Below are positions 41,063 to 54,763 of a stretch of 64,000 bases of DNA, in pieces. The stretch's first letter is position 1. The number at the start of each line of letters is the position of its first letter. The stretch lies in NCBI GenBank assembly GCA_046563655.1, contig CM102283.1, positions 7,006,001-7,070,000 of the forward strand, given 5' to 3'. The position numbers and the translations under genes were made by a program. The DNA is from Yuukianura sp. NJ FZ-2021 (taxonomy: Eukaryota). The notes under the pieces were generated by a model. It worked only from the letters and a program-made list of their open reading frames with translations, was not told the DNA's origin and did not search any database.

Positions 41063-44000
41063 GTAAGGACAAGCGACGTGTCTCTTCTGGGACGACGCAC
41101 GACTATGTTAGGTTTAACCTAACAAACAGAAATGTTGCTGCGCCTGCGAGCTTTTGTTGTCTTTTTTGAAAAAATAGGCCCTTTTTCAAATGAGCCCGCT
41201 TTACTATATGCCCAGGTCCTTTCAGAAGACAGAGAAAGTGACAATTCCCATTAACCGAAATTGTTCTCAATCCTTTCCCGGGTCTTTTGAAAAAGCACAA
41301 AGTGGCAATTTAGGAGAGACTGAACACTCATCCTTCTTCCTCTTTTAGAACAGGCGCCATTTTGAATTTGAATTTCCCGGGGTTTTTAAAAGGGACACAA
41401 AAGTTTTGACCTTGGTACTAAAATTGAAGCTCTTTTTTGGTGCTTGTGATTTTGAACACCAAAACATGTGTTTTGTTTCATGTCGGCAAAGATCCAACAG
41501 TTTTTTGAAGTCTTAGGAGGTCACGGTGACCTTTGACCTCGAAATAGTTTTGAATTTTGGCGCCTTGTTAAGAAAGTGTGCCAAGAAGACAGATGATTCT
41601 CATCTGTTTCTGTTGGTCTGTCACTTCCGTTCTAAAAAAGAAGTGCTAGATTTAGAAATCAGTTAGCAGATAGATCCGCGCTTTTGGAGCGGAGCTTCTA
41701 ACGAGCCAGAATAGTATTTTGATGAGCGCGAGAAGTCAAATCTAAATCACTCTAATTCTTTCAGCTTAGGCTTTTACAAGTGACTAATTCATTTCAAATT
41801 GACGGCGCGGATTTAGCGTTTTCGCGTTGTATAAAATTTGAATTGAATTTAAATCCGTCTCCTGCTTCTCTCTGTCCTCAAACTGACATTGGTGAAGGGA
41901 AAGCATGGAAATGCAATTAATCGGAAACTTTTCATTCGTTTTTCGAAAAGCGGGAACCACGAGTTGGCTTTTCTTGCTCCAGTCACACTTTTTAGTAAAG
42001 TCCTTAGCACTAGGAATGTTGTAGAACTGAACAAATTTGTTTCCGACTCCCGGAAGATTTATGAGTCTAATTTATTCAAGAAGGCGCGTCGGCAACTGAC
42101 AGCAGACCGTTTTCTTTCTCCCGGTTTCCGAAATTTGCCAAAATTTTTGCAACTTTTGAAACAAAAGAGCGGAAAACACAAAAGGAGCCAGAAGTGGAAC
42201 CGGAACGGAAGTTTTCATTAAGGAAACGGGCTGCTACTTGTATACACCGCGTGTCACACTCTGTGTCCACAAAAACACATTTTTTTTTGGTCCTGGAGAA
42301 CTTAAGGGAGTCAATTAGCCAACGGTGACAAGCGTAGAACTTTTCCAACTTTAGTTTTTGTTTTTGTAAAAAAAACTCGTTTTTAGAACAAAAACTTACT
42401 TTTTTAGAACAAAATTTTGTTTTAGAACAAAAAGCAAAGGAGGCGTGCTAACATAAAGCAGTGTCACAGGTAGTTCTTTCTGTCTGACTATTTTTAATTC
42501 CAACAAAAATTGACAAGGACGATGAAAAACTTTCTACTAGAGTTTTTTTTTGCTAGAGTTTTAAAAAAAAATTTGATTTTTTAAAAACTTTTTTAATTTC
42601 GACTATAGACAAAGTGACAAAGAGTAAAACCAAAGTATGGCTTTTGAGAACGGAAATTAAAAGTTTGTCAAAGTTGAAAATTTGATTGCAATTCTGTAAC
42701 ATTTGTGGAAATGGGCAGCACGGTTCTTTTTAAACATAAATTATTTATTAAAAAATTCAATTTGATTTAAACGTTAATCAAATTTCAAGTTTCACCACAA
42801 ATGGTGAAACTTTTTATGAAAAATGAACAAAACGTGACCTTTGCCCGCAAAAGTTATTTCTAGCGAAGAGGTAGAACTGACTCATAAAATTTGTATAAGT
42901 TCAAGTTTTCTTTCGTGTTATACAAAAAGTTTACAACTTTTTAAGCATTTCTTTCACGGATTCCCCGAGAAAACTTTTTTTAAACTTACTTTTCTCCGAA
43001 AAGGTGAGAAAGTTTATATTTTTGTGTAACATTTTACATCATATTTATTTAATCTTTGAACAAGTTCCTACTCCTAAAAAGCCTAACTTTTTCTGCAAAA
43101 ACTTTTCCACTTGTGTCTCAACTTGGCTTCTCATTTTAACTTGAACCGCCGTAGCCTAGTAGCGTCAGCGATTCCATCAGCGTCCATTCCTCTTTCCCAC
43201 TTGACTTCAATGGTCAAAGTTCATCTTGTCCAAAGGGACTTTTTGTAAAACATTCAAACACTCCCGCCGTCGCAACATTTTCAAAGTTCCCGCCAGTATT
43301 CCTTTGCCCCGCCCCTGTTCCAGCAAAGTCCTTGTCTTTTCAAACATCGTCCATAAAACTTGTTTATTTGGATCCTCTGAGAAGCCATTTGAGCAGGAAA
43401 TGCCAAACTTTGAAAATTTAAATCTTAGCGCCGTCTTTTCTCAGGAAAACATTTTCTTCCTTTTTGGCACGGTTTAAATGGATATGCACTGTGTTTGGCT
43501 ATAACTTCTGACATTGACACAGTGTTGATGACGCAAGTGAGAATTTTTTTTAAAACCATCACGTGACTTCTACAAAGGTGGCTAAATTTACTTCTGCAGC
43601 AAACCATGCTAATAAGCACGACACATTTTTTTAGACATGTCTAAGAACGACACTAGAATTTCTTCTAGTCTCTTCACAGCGTCCTAATTGGATGAATCAA
43701 TTTTGAAGATCTTGTTTAAACTTTTTGGAAAATCGATTTCCGTTTCTTCTTGCTCTAAAAACATTTTAGTTCAAAATACGAAAAAGTTCTGTTATATTAT
43801 TCTGGTGCTTCGTTTTCGAAAACTCTGAAGTAGCACTTTTTGTTCAGGAAACAAAAGTGAAAGTAAAGTTTTCATGGAAAGTTCTTAACTTTCTCAGTGT
43901 TTCAAAAAAAACATTCAGGAGAATCTGGAAAGAGGACAAACGTGAATGAGGACGTGCTAAAAGTATTGAGCTCAGGCGATCGAAATCTCGAGGTGTTTTA

Positions 44001-44430
44001 GAATCCATAAAAGCGGGAGTTTTTGAAAAGTGTGCGACTTTTCAAAAAAAAAAGTGGGAGAGGAAGACTTTAGGACTTAAAGATGGTTATAGAAAGTGAC
44101 GTAGTTGTACGTGGGTGAGTGATAGAAGACAGAAGGTCCCACCGCAGCCCCACCGCTCCCACCTATCTCCAAGGGTGGAAATAGTAGTTACCGTGAAGGT
44201 ATTAAAGTTTAAGCGTCATCAGGCCACGCTCCGACTTAAGTTTTTTAGCCGGGTATCTTCAAAAAATCTACGTGAGAAGACAGGAAGTGAAGATTTTGGG
44301 AGAAAAACTAACAAAAGAAGCCCCAAAGTCAACAGAAAGTGAAGATCGTAAAGTTCCTTATACTGTAACATACAATTTCAAAAGTTCCCTCGCTCTCTCC
44401 ACATACTCGCTGGTGCCCATCAGCATCAAA

Positions 44431-44907
44431 ATGCATACTAGCTCATCACTTGTTCTGGAACAGAGTCCACCTACTACTATAGTCAATGGTTGTGGAGCTG
44501 CTGCAGAACGGCCCAAATTATTCAGTACTTTCGGAGAACAGCTTCGTCGAGAGTCCATTTTCAAACGGTTGCGCTTTCGCACAACCAATTCACCCCAAAC
44601 ACCTCCATTATCCCAACTGCTCTTTAGGAATCTCCACAGTTCCAAATGGACTAAACGTTTTCAAAATTTTGAAATTTTGAAAGCCCCACAGGAGAATTTT
44701 TGGATAAAATCGGTAGTGGTTGAGTGTAAACCGATTTGGAGTCAGTTGAACTACCCGTCTGATCTGCACTGGGCTTTCCGAATGTTTGTTTTGGCAGTGG
44801 CGACTGGGTGTGCAATTTTTGCAACTTTGCAAAATTTTCTGGGACTTCCAGTCACAGTTTGGACGTATCCAAACCACTTTATTGTGGAGGTGGAAACATT
44901 TTTGTAA
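44431..44907 (+). CDS. Putative single-exon, single-pass membrane protein (~158 aa), nested
   Basis: ATG at 44431 (caaaATG) within a 211-codon open frame. Basic, Ser-rich N-terminus (RRES) and hydrophobic WAFRMFVLAVATGCAIFATLQNFLGLPVTVW near the C-terminus. No splice or homology support. Confidence 0.5.
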   Translation: MHTSSSLVLEQSPPTTIVNGCGAAAERPKLFSTFGEQLRRESIFKRLRFRTTNSPQTPPLSQLLFRNLHSSKWTKRFQNFEILKAPQENFWIKSVVVECKPIWSQLNYPSDLHWAFRMFVLAVATGCAIFATLQNFLGLPVTVWTYPNHFIVEVETFL

Positions 44908-47663
44908 AAAACGTGAAATTTCAACAAAATCAATTCAAAAAGTTTCAAAAAGTCAAACTTTTTTTATACAAGTTTTTGTTTTAGAATTAGACAAAATTGG
45001 AGTAAGCCATTGGCTTGATGATTTTTTTTGTTTTGGAAAAAAGTGAAAGTGTGAAACAGAGAGAATTGTACAGGAGTTGTGATTTTTCTTTTTCTTTTTT
45101 TAAAATTTGAAAAGTTCAGAGTTGAACGTGTCGTTGTTTTGTTGCCGCTACTTTTAAAAAAATAATCAAACCACTTCTGTAGCTTTCGTGCCGATTCCTT
45201 TTTTGTTACGGTGAAGATTAACCTCTGGAGTTGTGAATCTCATCTTTATTTGGTCTAAACTTTAAGATTGAAACGGGAGTTTTTTAGTGTCTGGGGAAGA
45301 CTTTTTCCAAAATGGAATGGGAAAAGCTATACAAAGCATTCAGAACAATGGAAAAACACACACAGAGTTCTTCTGGAAGATTTTTCGTCCGAGGAACCAT
45401 ACAGTACTACTATACGCCAGAGTGAAAATCAATACAAGAAAACCATCTTCCATTTTCTTATTTTGCTTTCTAAAACTTCTCCAGCCTCTTTAGACGCTCC
45501 ACTGAGTCCCATGACTTTGTTTCTTTCACATTTTTCAAACAGTTTTCAAAAAAGACGTCGAAACTCTTCCGTGTTTTGACATCCGGAGTCTACCAAAATC
45601 CTTTCTTTGTAGTTGGTGGTGCTGGTACTACATTTTGGAAGGAAATTTATAAGCCAAAAACAGTGTTTTGAACAAAGCCAAAACACTTTAGAATTTATTC
45701 CTTTTGTTTGATATTAAGAAACTTCTGAAGTAAGTTGTTGACACATGGACGTAGAGAGAGAAGAAGAAAGTGCGGGATTTACAACCGGTGGGAAGCGGAT
45801 TGGAAGTGAATTATTTGAACATTGGATGTAATTGTTCAGAACAGGAAAAGTTGGAAGGGGATTTAGAACAAAACTGGAGAAAGCGAGTTTAAACACAAAG
45901 GTACGAACGGAAAGTTTTCATGTCAATTTCAGCTTATTTAAAAAAGTAGTTTCCGAAAGAGGAATTCGTAAATCTTCAGTTCTCATTGGAGAGAGAAATG
46001 CAATCTTATATAAAACTCTGTTTCTATTTTCACCAAAACAAAAATTGAAAAATTCGAAGCACTGTTCAATTTTTTTCTGAATAACAAAGTGCAATCCAAA
46101 AATTAGGCTTTTGTAAAAAGCTAAAGTGAAAGTGCGGAAATTGTCAAATTTTGACGAAATCCAAAATTAGTTTTTAGGTTCGGTGCGTGTCTTTCAATTT
46201 TATTTTGGCGAAAGTGCATAATTGGCACGAAATTTTTTAGCTGATGAAACACCGAAATCAATTTCGAGGATAAAAAATATGAAAAGATACAGAAATGAAG
46301 CCTCTATCCAATTTTTTTTTGAAAAGATGCAGTTTTGACGCAGCAGTGTCGTCAGCACGAGCGATAAGTGAAAGTATCAAGTTTCATTTTCCACTTTCTC
46401 TTTTGAGGTACTCACAAAAGACGAAAATATAATTTTTTTTTCGTCTCGCAGAATCCTTTGATCTTTCGTTTCCTTTTGTACAAATCGTAACTCGGGAAAA
46501 GGAAAGTATGAAAAAAAGAAGAATAAAAGAAAATTCAGTTCGGTTTTCATTTGCACACAAAATTTAATGTAAAAGGAGAGGGATAAGGAAGTAATCTTAA
46601 AGAAGACGTCGACGCACGACATTTTCTTGTTCACAAGAGAAAGTCGCGTGCACGCACAATGCAAAATGCATTGTTTGCTTTGCTCTAATGCTTACTTACG
46701 AGGATCGATTGGGACAAACTTTTCTCCCGCCATAGTTGTTCCGGTGATGGAATCTTATCTAAACTGCACGTAGAATGTACTAGCACTAGTGTGTCATGGA
46801 CTTTACTTAAATTGAAATCATGATGACAAGAGAATCTAGTAGGATTACAAGAAAGGGATTTTTTGTGAAAAAGTTGCTTAAGAAAACACTTTGTCACTGA
46901 AAATTGTTTCAAGCACACTTCCACGAAATCAATTTGTGGATGAAATCAAAGTGGAGACGGAAGACAGACAGCGAAGAAGTTCTAAATTATTTTAGTGGTT
47001 GAATTATTTAGAATTTTCAGTTACCTTTTAGGTTTTTCTATGTAGAACTCATAGAGTTCGAAACTTTTTTTTTGTTCTTTTTGAAAAAAAGTTTACAAAA
47101 TGGAAAATTTCATTTAGCTTTTCTCTATCACATTCGAAACAAAAACTTTTGCAATTTTGAATCCGTTTTATGTTAAGAGATCAAAGAGAGCAAGAGAAAC
47201 GAAATGTAGAACATGCCCTAGAGCTTTTCAAAGAAAAAGTTATTGACAATTTTGTATTTTCCTGGTAAAGTTGGTTTAGTAGCAGAGAATTTTTGTGTTT
47301 TTAGACAAAATGGCAACGCTAATGCACATTTTTCAGTCAGGAATACAAAATTTTGGACCGTCTCGTAAAAACACAAAATTTCCTTGTCAAAATACTTAAG
47401 TTTTTGTTAAATTTTTTCCTCACTCAAAAGAATCCTAAATAATTTTACTAACAGAATTCTGTTCCTAAGGTTTCGAGTCGGAATTGTGTCACTCATGTTT
47501 AACAAAAAAAAAACATTATACACTCAATTTCAATTTTTTTTTTTGAAAACTTTTGAAACTTTTTTCGCTGTTTGAAAGTCACCACACGAAACGAGTCGTC
47601 CAGTCGTTGTTTCATTATCGTCAGAACAGTATCGTTCTCAACTTCGTTTCTTTCCTGTGCACA

Positions 47664-48165
47664 AGTAAGTTCTCAAAAATGAAACAATGAAATTTGAAAA
47701 TCAAAATTTTGAAAAATCGTAGTTCTGAATTTGATTTGGGTTCTATGCAGTGTCGACGGAACAAGTAGGCAAAGCCGAGAGCGGGAATGTCAAGGCAGGG
47801 GACCCGCTGAAGCCCGGCGGTGTTGCCATTATTGCTCATCCAGACAAAGAGGCGAATCGTGAACGCAAATTGTCACTCATCTCCAATGAACCACTTCTTC
47901 CACAACCAGAAGCCGAGAAGGCTTTTGTCTTTGACCACCCTCTGGTCAAATATAATTAAATATTATTACAATAAAATATGTTATTGTATTATTATATTTT
48001 TTTATGAATTAGGTCATGACGGACTTCTTCCACACCATCGCAGCACTCGGAATTGGCGGCTTGATCTTTCTTGTGATCATCCTGATTTGGGTGTTTGTTG
48101 GTGACCCCAAGTGGCGCTCCAAGGACAAATTGTGGGGAGCTGAGCACTACCAACCAAAAGACTGA
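47664..48165 (+). CDS. Small single-pass membrane protein (115 aa), nested; start codon split by an intron
   Basis: A|gtaagt (47664) plus gcag|TG (47751) forms ATG. Exons 47751-47944 and 48013-48165 give MSTEQVGKAESG...RKLSLISNEPLL...TIAALGIGGLIFLVIILIWVFVGDPKWRSKDKLWGAEHYQPKD. Confidence 0.75.
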
Positions 48166-49446
48166 ATCTAGTCGCTACTCAACCAACTTACAACAAACTA
48201 CTCACTTTCCATTTCAAAAAACATAATTTGCTGACTCTTTCAAAATTTCGAGTTAAGATTTTGACACTTTTGACCTCAATAACAGGCTCCAATATCATGC
48301 TTCTACGAAAAAAAACAAACATTTTCTTCAGTTTTATTCTAGTTATACAAGTACTACTAGTACTTATACTAGTACAAAAATTTTTCAATTTAAACTTTTT
48401 TGTCAAAATTCAAAAAACGTTTTTCTCCTTTTCAACTGCTTTGATTTTCACACCATTTTTTGCAAAATCTATATAATTTGTGACCCTCGCCTGATGGCAA
48501 TCTTGGCTCGCGACGGCACAAATTGTCTTTTTCACGTCGCTCATGCGCTGTTTTTTTTTGCATTTCTCTCTCCAGTGAGAACGGGGCTTTAAGTTAATGG
48601 TAATGATCATGACAATCCGCCTGACCCACTGCGCCCCTTATGTGTATCTCATTTCAAGTTAGTTTCAAATTCAGTCATGACCATATCATTAGAGATCGAA
48701 TCTCTCTATTATGAACTTAAGAACACTCAAGTGGAACGGCCCCACCATGGTGGGGCCACTCTGCCTCTGATCCTCATTGAATTTCATTTGTTCCATATCT
48801 ACACTTATAGACTCTTCAGAAGAAGGAGAAAGTAGAGCAGCACTCCTTCTGCAGCTTTTGTTCCACTTTCCCCTGGCAAAGGAGAAAGCCATATCCATTT
48901 TGTCTCAAAAAGTAAGTCTTTTAGCCCAAATCTCATGGGATTGGAGTTTCAAAAAAAGAAAAATCTGGAGCATAAAGTTAACAACGGTGGAGAGAGGGAC
49001 TTAATGAAACTAAGTTAGAAAAAAGTCTCTTTTTCAACAGTTTGAAGATTAAGTCTCTCAAATCTCCAACGTTTCTAATGTCAGAAATAATGAAGTCAAT
49101 AATGGAAAAATGAAAAATGAAACGGATTAGAAAACTTTTCCATTTTTCCTGCTTTTCTGAGTATAATAAGAGAAAAGTAGGAGATTATTTCGCTAGTCCT
49201 AAAAACTTAAATCCTTGAAGGTAAAAAAGAGAAAACGAAGGAAGAAATTTCTTTTTCTAGAATTTTGAAATTTCTGACTTCCTAATCAGCTCAATAATCA
49301 AATGAAGCTTTTTCGACTTTCTCTAACTTTCTTTTGTAGGAACTTAATTGAGTTTGAACTTTTTTTGGCAGTTAGGAGAAACTAAGTTTTTTTGGAACAG
49401 AAAATTCAAGAATTTGGAAATACTTGGAGTTTGAGCTTCTGTAAAA

Positions 49447-50860
49447 ATGGAGGAAAAATCAAAAGTGGATGATTATGATGGAGATGATGAAGAGGGCAAG
49501 ACGAGCAGTGATGCTGAAGAGGAAGTTGCAAGGGCTGGTGGGTTTGAAGAGAGCGCTGACGCTGAAACGAGCGCTGGAATTCAAAAAAGGACCAACTTTC
49601 AAACAGCAGTGGCTCTTCAAAATAGCGGAACTGCTGACATTGAGGTTGATGAGAAATCAAAGGAGGAGACTATTCGGAAGTTATTAGAAGAAACTTTGGT
49701 TGTTCCGCGGGAAAGTTCAAAAGGGGCAATTGACCACGTTTTGCCGAGAGAACATGAAGAGGCACTTGATAAAACCCATGTCAAAAAGAGTTTTGGCTTT
49801 GGAAGAGTCCTGGACAAAATGAGGTCAACGACCTCGGCAGCATCGGGGCCCTTCAATGGTCGAAAAAGTGACAAACCCAGAAAAATCGCTGTAAATTTTA
49901 GAAGAACTCAATCGTTCGAACCGGACATGGCCACCAAGCGATCCAGAGAAGTTGACCAAGCTGAAACTAAGGTCAATATGTTTAACCCAGATCAAGGTCA
50001 AACAAACGTCAATGCTCCTAGTCAAGGTCAAGAAAAGGTCAATGACCCTGGTCAAGGTCAAGACGAGGTCAAGCCACCGATGCACAACTTACCAAGTCTG
50101 AAAAGACCTCAATGTCATTCCAGAAGCCAATTCGTTAAATCCGATTCAGTCACCGATCCGCTCGGATCGGCAATTTCTCCGCTTGGCCGACAACGCAAAA
50201 TTTCTGCTTCGATGAGCAGACTTGCTGTAGGCGTAACTCACGCCGCATCATCACTTGATATCAGTCGTCGTGCCTCTACTGGCATGGGCCACCATCAGCT
50301 CCACCATGGTGGGGCTGGTGGCTCCGGTTCAACCGGATCTTTCAAAAATTTCCGTCTTCAACATTATGACTCTCCCAATTCATCACTGTCACCCAGCCCA
50401 TCACCTTTAGTAAAACAAGATCGCGCTGATCCTGCCACGTCAAAACGCTTGTACCTCCTCCAGCGTTCGGGAACAGTCGGAAATACGGCGGCGCAAGATG
50501 GAAGCAGACTCAATCCGCTTAGTGCCAATCGGTCAGCATCGGAGCGAAGTGGCACAGAGAGGCCGAAGCGCGGTCGCAGATGTGGGAGGCCGATGGTTCG
50601 AGACTCGTTTTATCGTGGGTGTCGCAGTAACTCCTTTGCATTTAGTATGGACGTGAAGAGTAGTGCGCCACTGAAAGATTTACCGCCAAGAGAACAACGG
50701 CATCGGAAAGTAGGTTATGCCATTATGATTTGCTCATCCCTTCTTCTCAGTTTGGCTGTTCTCTGCATTGTCATTTCGCTACACTTTTCACACGAGAGAC
50801 ACAAGGCCGCTGCAAATGGAAATTCAAATGTCACGACCTCGCCAACTGTAGAACCAGAAC
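49447..50860 (+). CDS. Variable unit C of single-pass membrane protein locus (unspliced ORF runs to 50928)
   Basis: 493-codon ORF, acidic then Ser/Arg-rich, with TM RHRKVGYAIMICSSLLLSLAVLCIVISLHFS. Phase-1 donor C|gtaaga at 50860/50861. The ORF is well supported; use of the donor is inferred. Confidence 0.75.
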
Positions 50861-53800
50861 GTAAGACCAAACTAACCTGGAAGAATTTCAAATTTTCGCG
50901 CCAAAACGTAACAACAATGGCTTCATAACAAACTAACTACTAAACATCTCATTTCATCAACAACGAAAAACTAACGTTAAACGTGAACGTTCATTTCATC
51001 AACAAAGGCTGAAAACGTTTTCAAAACGAAACCTGCCTCTCGACACAATAAAACTCAATGTTTGAACAAGTTGAATTTCCTAACTAAAATTTCGAAAAAA
51101 AAAACTGATTAAACATTCTTTTTTTGATGTTTCTGCCAAGGTTCATGTTATTATTTCTAATCTTACTGATGGTTTACTTGCTTGTGTTGTTTCAAATTTA
51201 CTATTTAACAATTCAAGCTAATCAAAATTGTGGAAATGTTGTTTTTGTGCTCTGCTGAACAAAACTAAAGTGGAAAAGTGAAAATTTCCTAATTTGTGTG
51301 TAAAAACTGAAACGAAATTGATTCTCCCGCTGAGAGTTTTAGTCTGTTTACGAAAATGAACAGTTTTCATGTCACGAATTACGACCAGCAGTGTGTGTAA
51401 AAGGCGTAGAATCCATTTTGTTTTCAAACGTCGTCTTCAGTCTTGAGCCTTGTTTTCACTGAGGTTGGTTTGCTAACCTAATATGAGCAAGGTAGAGAGA
51501 AAGTCATCCAGAAAATTAACTTTCTCGTAGGGAGAAACTGTGAAAAGTTGTGGAAAGCTCCGGAAATCGTTTCGTAACAAATGTTGTTATTACAACTCTT
51601 CCAGAATCAGCTCCAGTCCTATCCAGTTTGAACTCCCTTCCAGAAAGTACCTCTGTAGACATAGGTTTTGGTACTAAAACGTCTTGGTCTTAAGAGCCCA
51701 AAGTTCATTTTAATCCGAGCACCACTTTCAAAAACCTCTTCGCACCAAACTAAATTAGTTCGAACGATGAATTAACTCCAGAAACGCTCCAGTTTCTGCA
51801 GTTACTTTTCTACTACACTTTATCCAATTCCACTTTCCTGGAGAAAGTTTCCAAGAAAGTGTATCCTGGAAGGAAGTTCTGGATAGCCCAAAACCTGTCA
51901 AATTAAATTGAAACTAATCAAAACATTAAACTAAAGTTATACTTTATTTTGTGCAGCATTTTATACAATTAAGGTCGCAAAGTTACATAAGGCCACTTTT
52001 CTTCAGAGAAAGCGGAGGAAGAGGCTAAACTTTCCCCATATTTTGTAAAAAGCTTGGCGGGAAATTTTATTTTCCAAAAATTTTCTAGAACTTAGGAAAC
52101 AACAAATTTTATACTTTGAATTTAGTATAACGCGCTACAGTATGTTTGAAAAATGAGCTAAAATGGCGGGAATTGGACTAGACTGGAAGAAATTTTCAAA
52201 AAAGTTTAAGCTCGGATCATAGCTCCGCCCAATGTTTGCTTTTCGTTGAGCTTAGAACAAAAATGGTTCCTGAGCACGCCAGGACACGAACGAGAGAAAA
52301 TGGCGGGAGCTTTTAAATTACTCAACTCCAAATTTGGAACATAAAGTAATTGCATTGTCTCCAGGAGTAGAAAGGCAGGAGGTTATGTAATTGCTCTGGG
52401 GTTGAAGTAGCATTAAGCGTTTTTGGTAGAACTTGGAGCATACGACCAGAAAGTTAATGACTATTCGTGGGAGTGAAGATGTCTAATTGCGTTGTCACAC
52501 GTGGGGCTGCGGTTGAGTGGTTTTTGGATGGTGGCGGGTATTTTCGGATTATTACGAACCGAAAATGCTGAATAGGCTGGAAATCGGTTGTGGGCGGGAG
52601 AGGACAAAAGTCAATGACTCCATTTTCGGTCCTAACTTCGAGAACGGATCCATAGAACGTACATTTTGTGGAGCTCTTGTGTTAGGTTAAGTCTTTTTCT
52701 CCATTCATGTTCAAAAAACATTGTCCCTCCCAGAAGTTAATGAGTTTTCGCGCCTCTGAACGTACAATTACTTTCTGCTCTTATTTGATGACAATCAAAA
52801 CGATTTTCATTTGTAAACGGGCTGGAAATTGCTTAATTTCCTGCGCGTGAAAAACGTTTTCAGTTTCCAAAATTTTTGGTGCTTTTGCTTCGTAGGCTTT
52901 TGGCTGATTGCATCTCAGGCACGAAATTGGTTGCAATCGAAAAACTAAGTATTTTTTTTTCTGACACAACTTTTGAAATATCGTTGGGTTCCAAAAAATT
53001 TCCCGCAAATTTGAAATTGTTGCGGTGTGTGATGGGCTTAACCTAGTTAGGCGGTGTGGGAGGGGCTTTAGTGCCATAACTTAAAAGATTTAGTGCTTAT
53101 CACATTATGGTTAGATTGGGCAGCGGAAAGGCGGGAAGTGGGAAATGGTAGTCATGCTAAAGACAATTTGGTAATAAAGTTAGAATTGTACGGATTATTT
53201 CCAAGGCGGGAGAATGAGGAAGAAGACGCTAGATTTTGAAATAGCACTGGAGCCTTTTACCATTTGTACTAAAATCCTATAATCTAATATTATTTCTCAT
53301 TTCCTCAGGAAGAATAGAAAGCGCGTGAGGGAGAATTTAAGTTCAAAGACACGCGCTTATTTCTGCGAAAGACGCAGACATTCCTGCAGAAAAAAGAAAG
53401 AAATGCGTGAGATGCCTTCGTTTTAAGCAAAAGCGGTACTTCTGGAACTAAGAAAAACGAATCTAAAAACGTTCGTTTTTTCTTAGAATTTCTTTTTTCT
53501 ATTAAGATTTGGAATCGCAACGATAAATCGTTCTGATCTGAACGCATCTTACGCACACCTTTCGTTTGAATTATTCTGTTCACACTGCATCCGTTGAGAA
53601 GGGCAGGGGCGGATGCAGGAAATTGAACTCTTGACTCCATTCCATTTCAAATTTCCTTTTTGACGCGCCATAGTTCAAAATTCAAAATGGCTGAATTCAA
53701 ATCTGAAAACCAAAAGTTACCCTCAACTAGCAGCTCCTTCCTTTTTACTTTTAATACAGAGCGTTGCTTAAAACTGAAAACGGTTATGGTGTTCTGCTGG

Positions 53801-54763
53801 TTCCATGTCATTGTTTCAAATGAATTGCTTCTAACGGAAAAGTTTCTAAAATTTACTTCTAAAGAAACCTATCCCTTGACATTATTCGAAACAAGAAGCA
53901 ATTCTCCTTTAGAATAAGCAATTCAGTTTTTGAACCAACGGTGTGCTTCCGTTCTGCTCAACTTGCGTTGTGACAACACTGAAAAAAAATTGTTGACGTG
54001 GATTACCCTTACCTTCATTTTCGAAAAGTGAAAAAAAATGAAAAATTCCAAAAACATTAAAAGGGGCGGGGGGGTTCTCATCAAAATTATTTTGTTTTTG
54101 CGGAAAACGTTTGGAAATGGCTTAAAGATTCCGAATTCCGAATTGCGGGAAAAAAAATTCCGAAAAACTGGTAACAAAAAATAAGTTTTTTTGCGGATCC
54201 GAAAAATTTTGGGTCCGGATTGAAACTTCCAAAAATCGTTTTTGGCTTATTGTATGAAGTACATTTACACGCCCTGAAGCTAGAATTTATGTAGAGTACT
54301 CGGAAGTTGGAAATGTTTGAAACTTTGTTTTATGTCGCAGATAATGATCGTGGTGAAAGTCAATTTAGATCCCATAATTCCTAGTGCTTTCTCCTTACAA
54401 ACACGAAAAGGAGGAAATGAGAAAAGTAAAAGAAGGAAATTGGTGGAATGGGAGTAGTTTTTGTAATTTAATGTTAATTGTGTTCACGTTCTGTTCATAG
54501 TTAAGAGAAAGGTCAAAGGTCATTAATAAAATTAAAGTGGGGTTCATGTCCTCTCCAGACGCAAAGCTAATCAATCTCGGGCGACATTCCAAAGTTTTTG
54601 CACTTTTCCTTCTCCATGCTAGTCGTGTTTTGCTAACATAAGCTTTAACTTTCTAAGCATTTTAGCAGTTTTGTACAATTTGCAAACTTTTTGCAACATG
54701 TAAAATCCTAGTGAAAATGAATGGCTAAACTAATTGATTCTGATTTTAATTACTATTTTGCAG

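Noticed and set aside
53600-53640. RVQFPASAP translation reminiscent of a tRNA T-arm
   Set aside because: No T-stem pairing or cloverleaf around GTTCAAT.
54721-54763. ATG at 54721 making the last exon a stand-alone gene
   Set aside because: The segment is AT-rich with branch-point-like ctaat and a pyrimidine-rich stretch ending in cag, so it is better read as an intron end.
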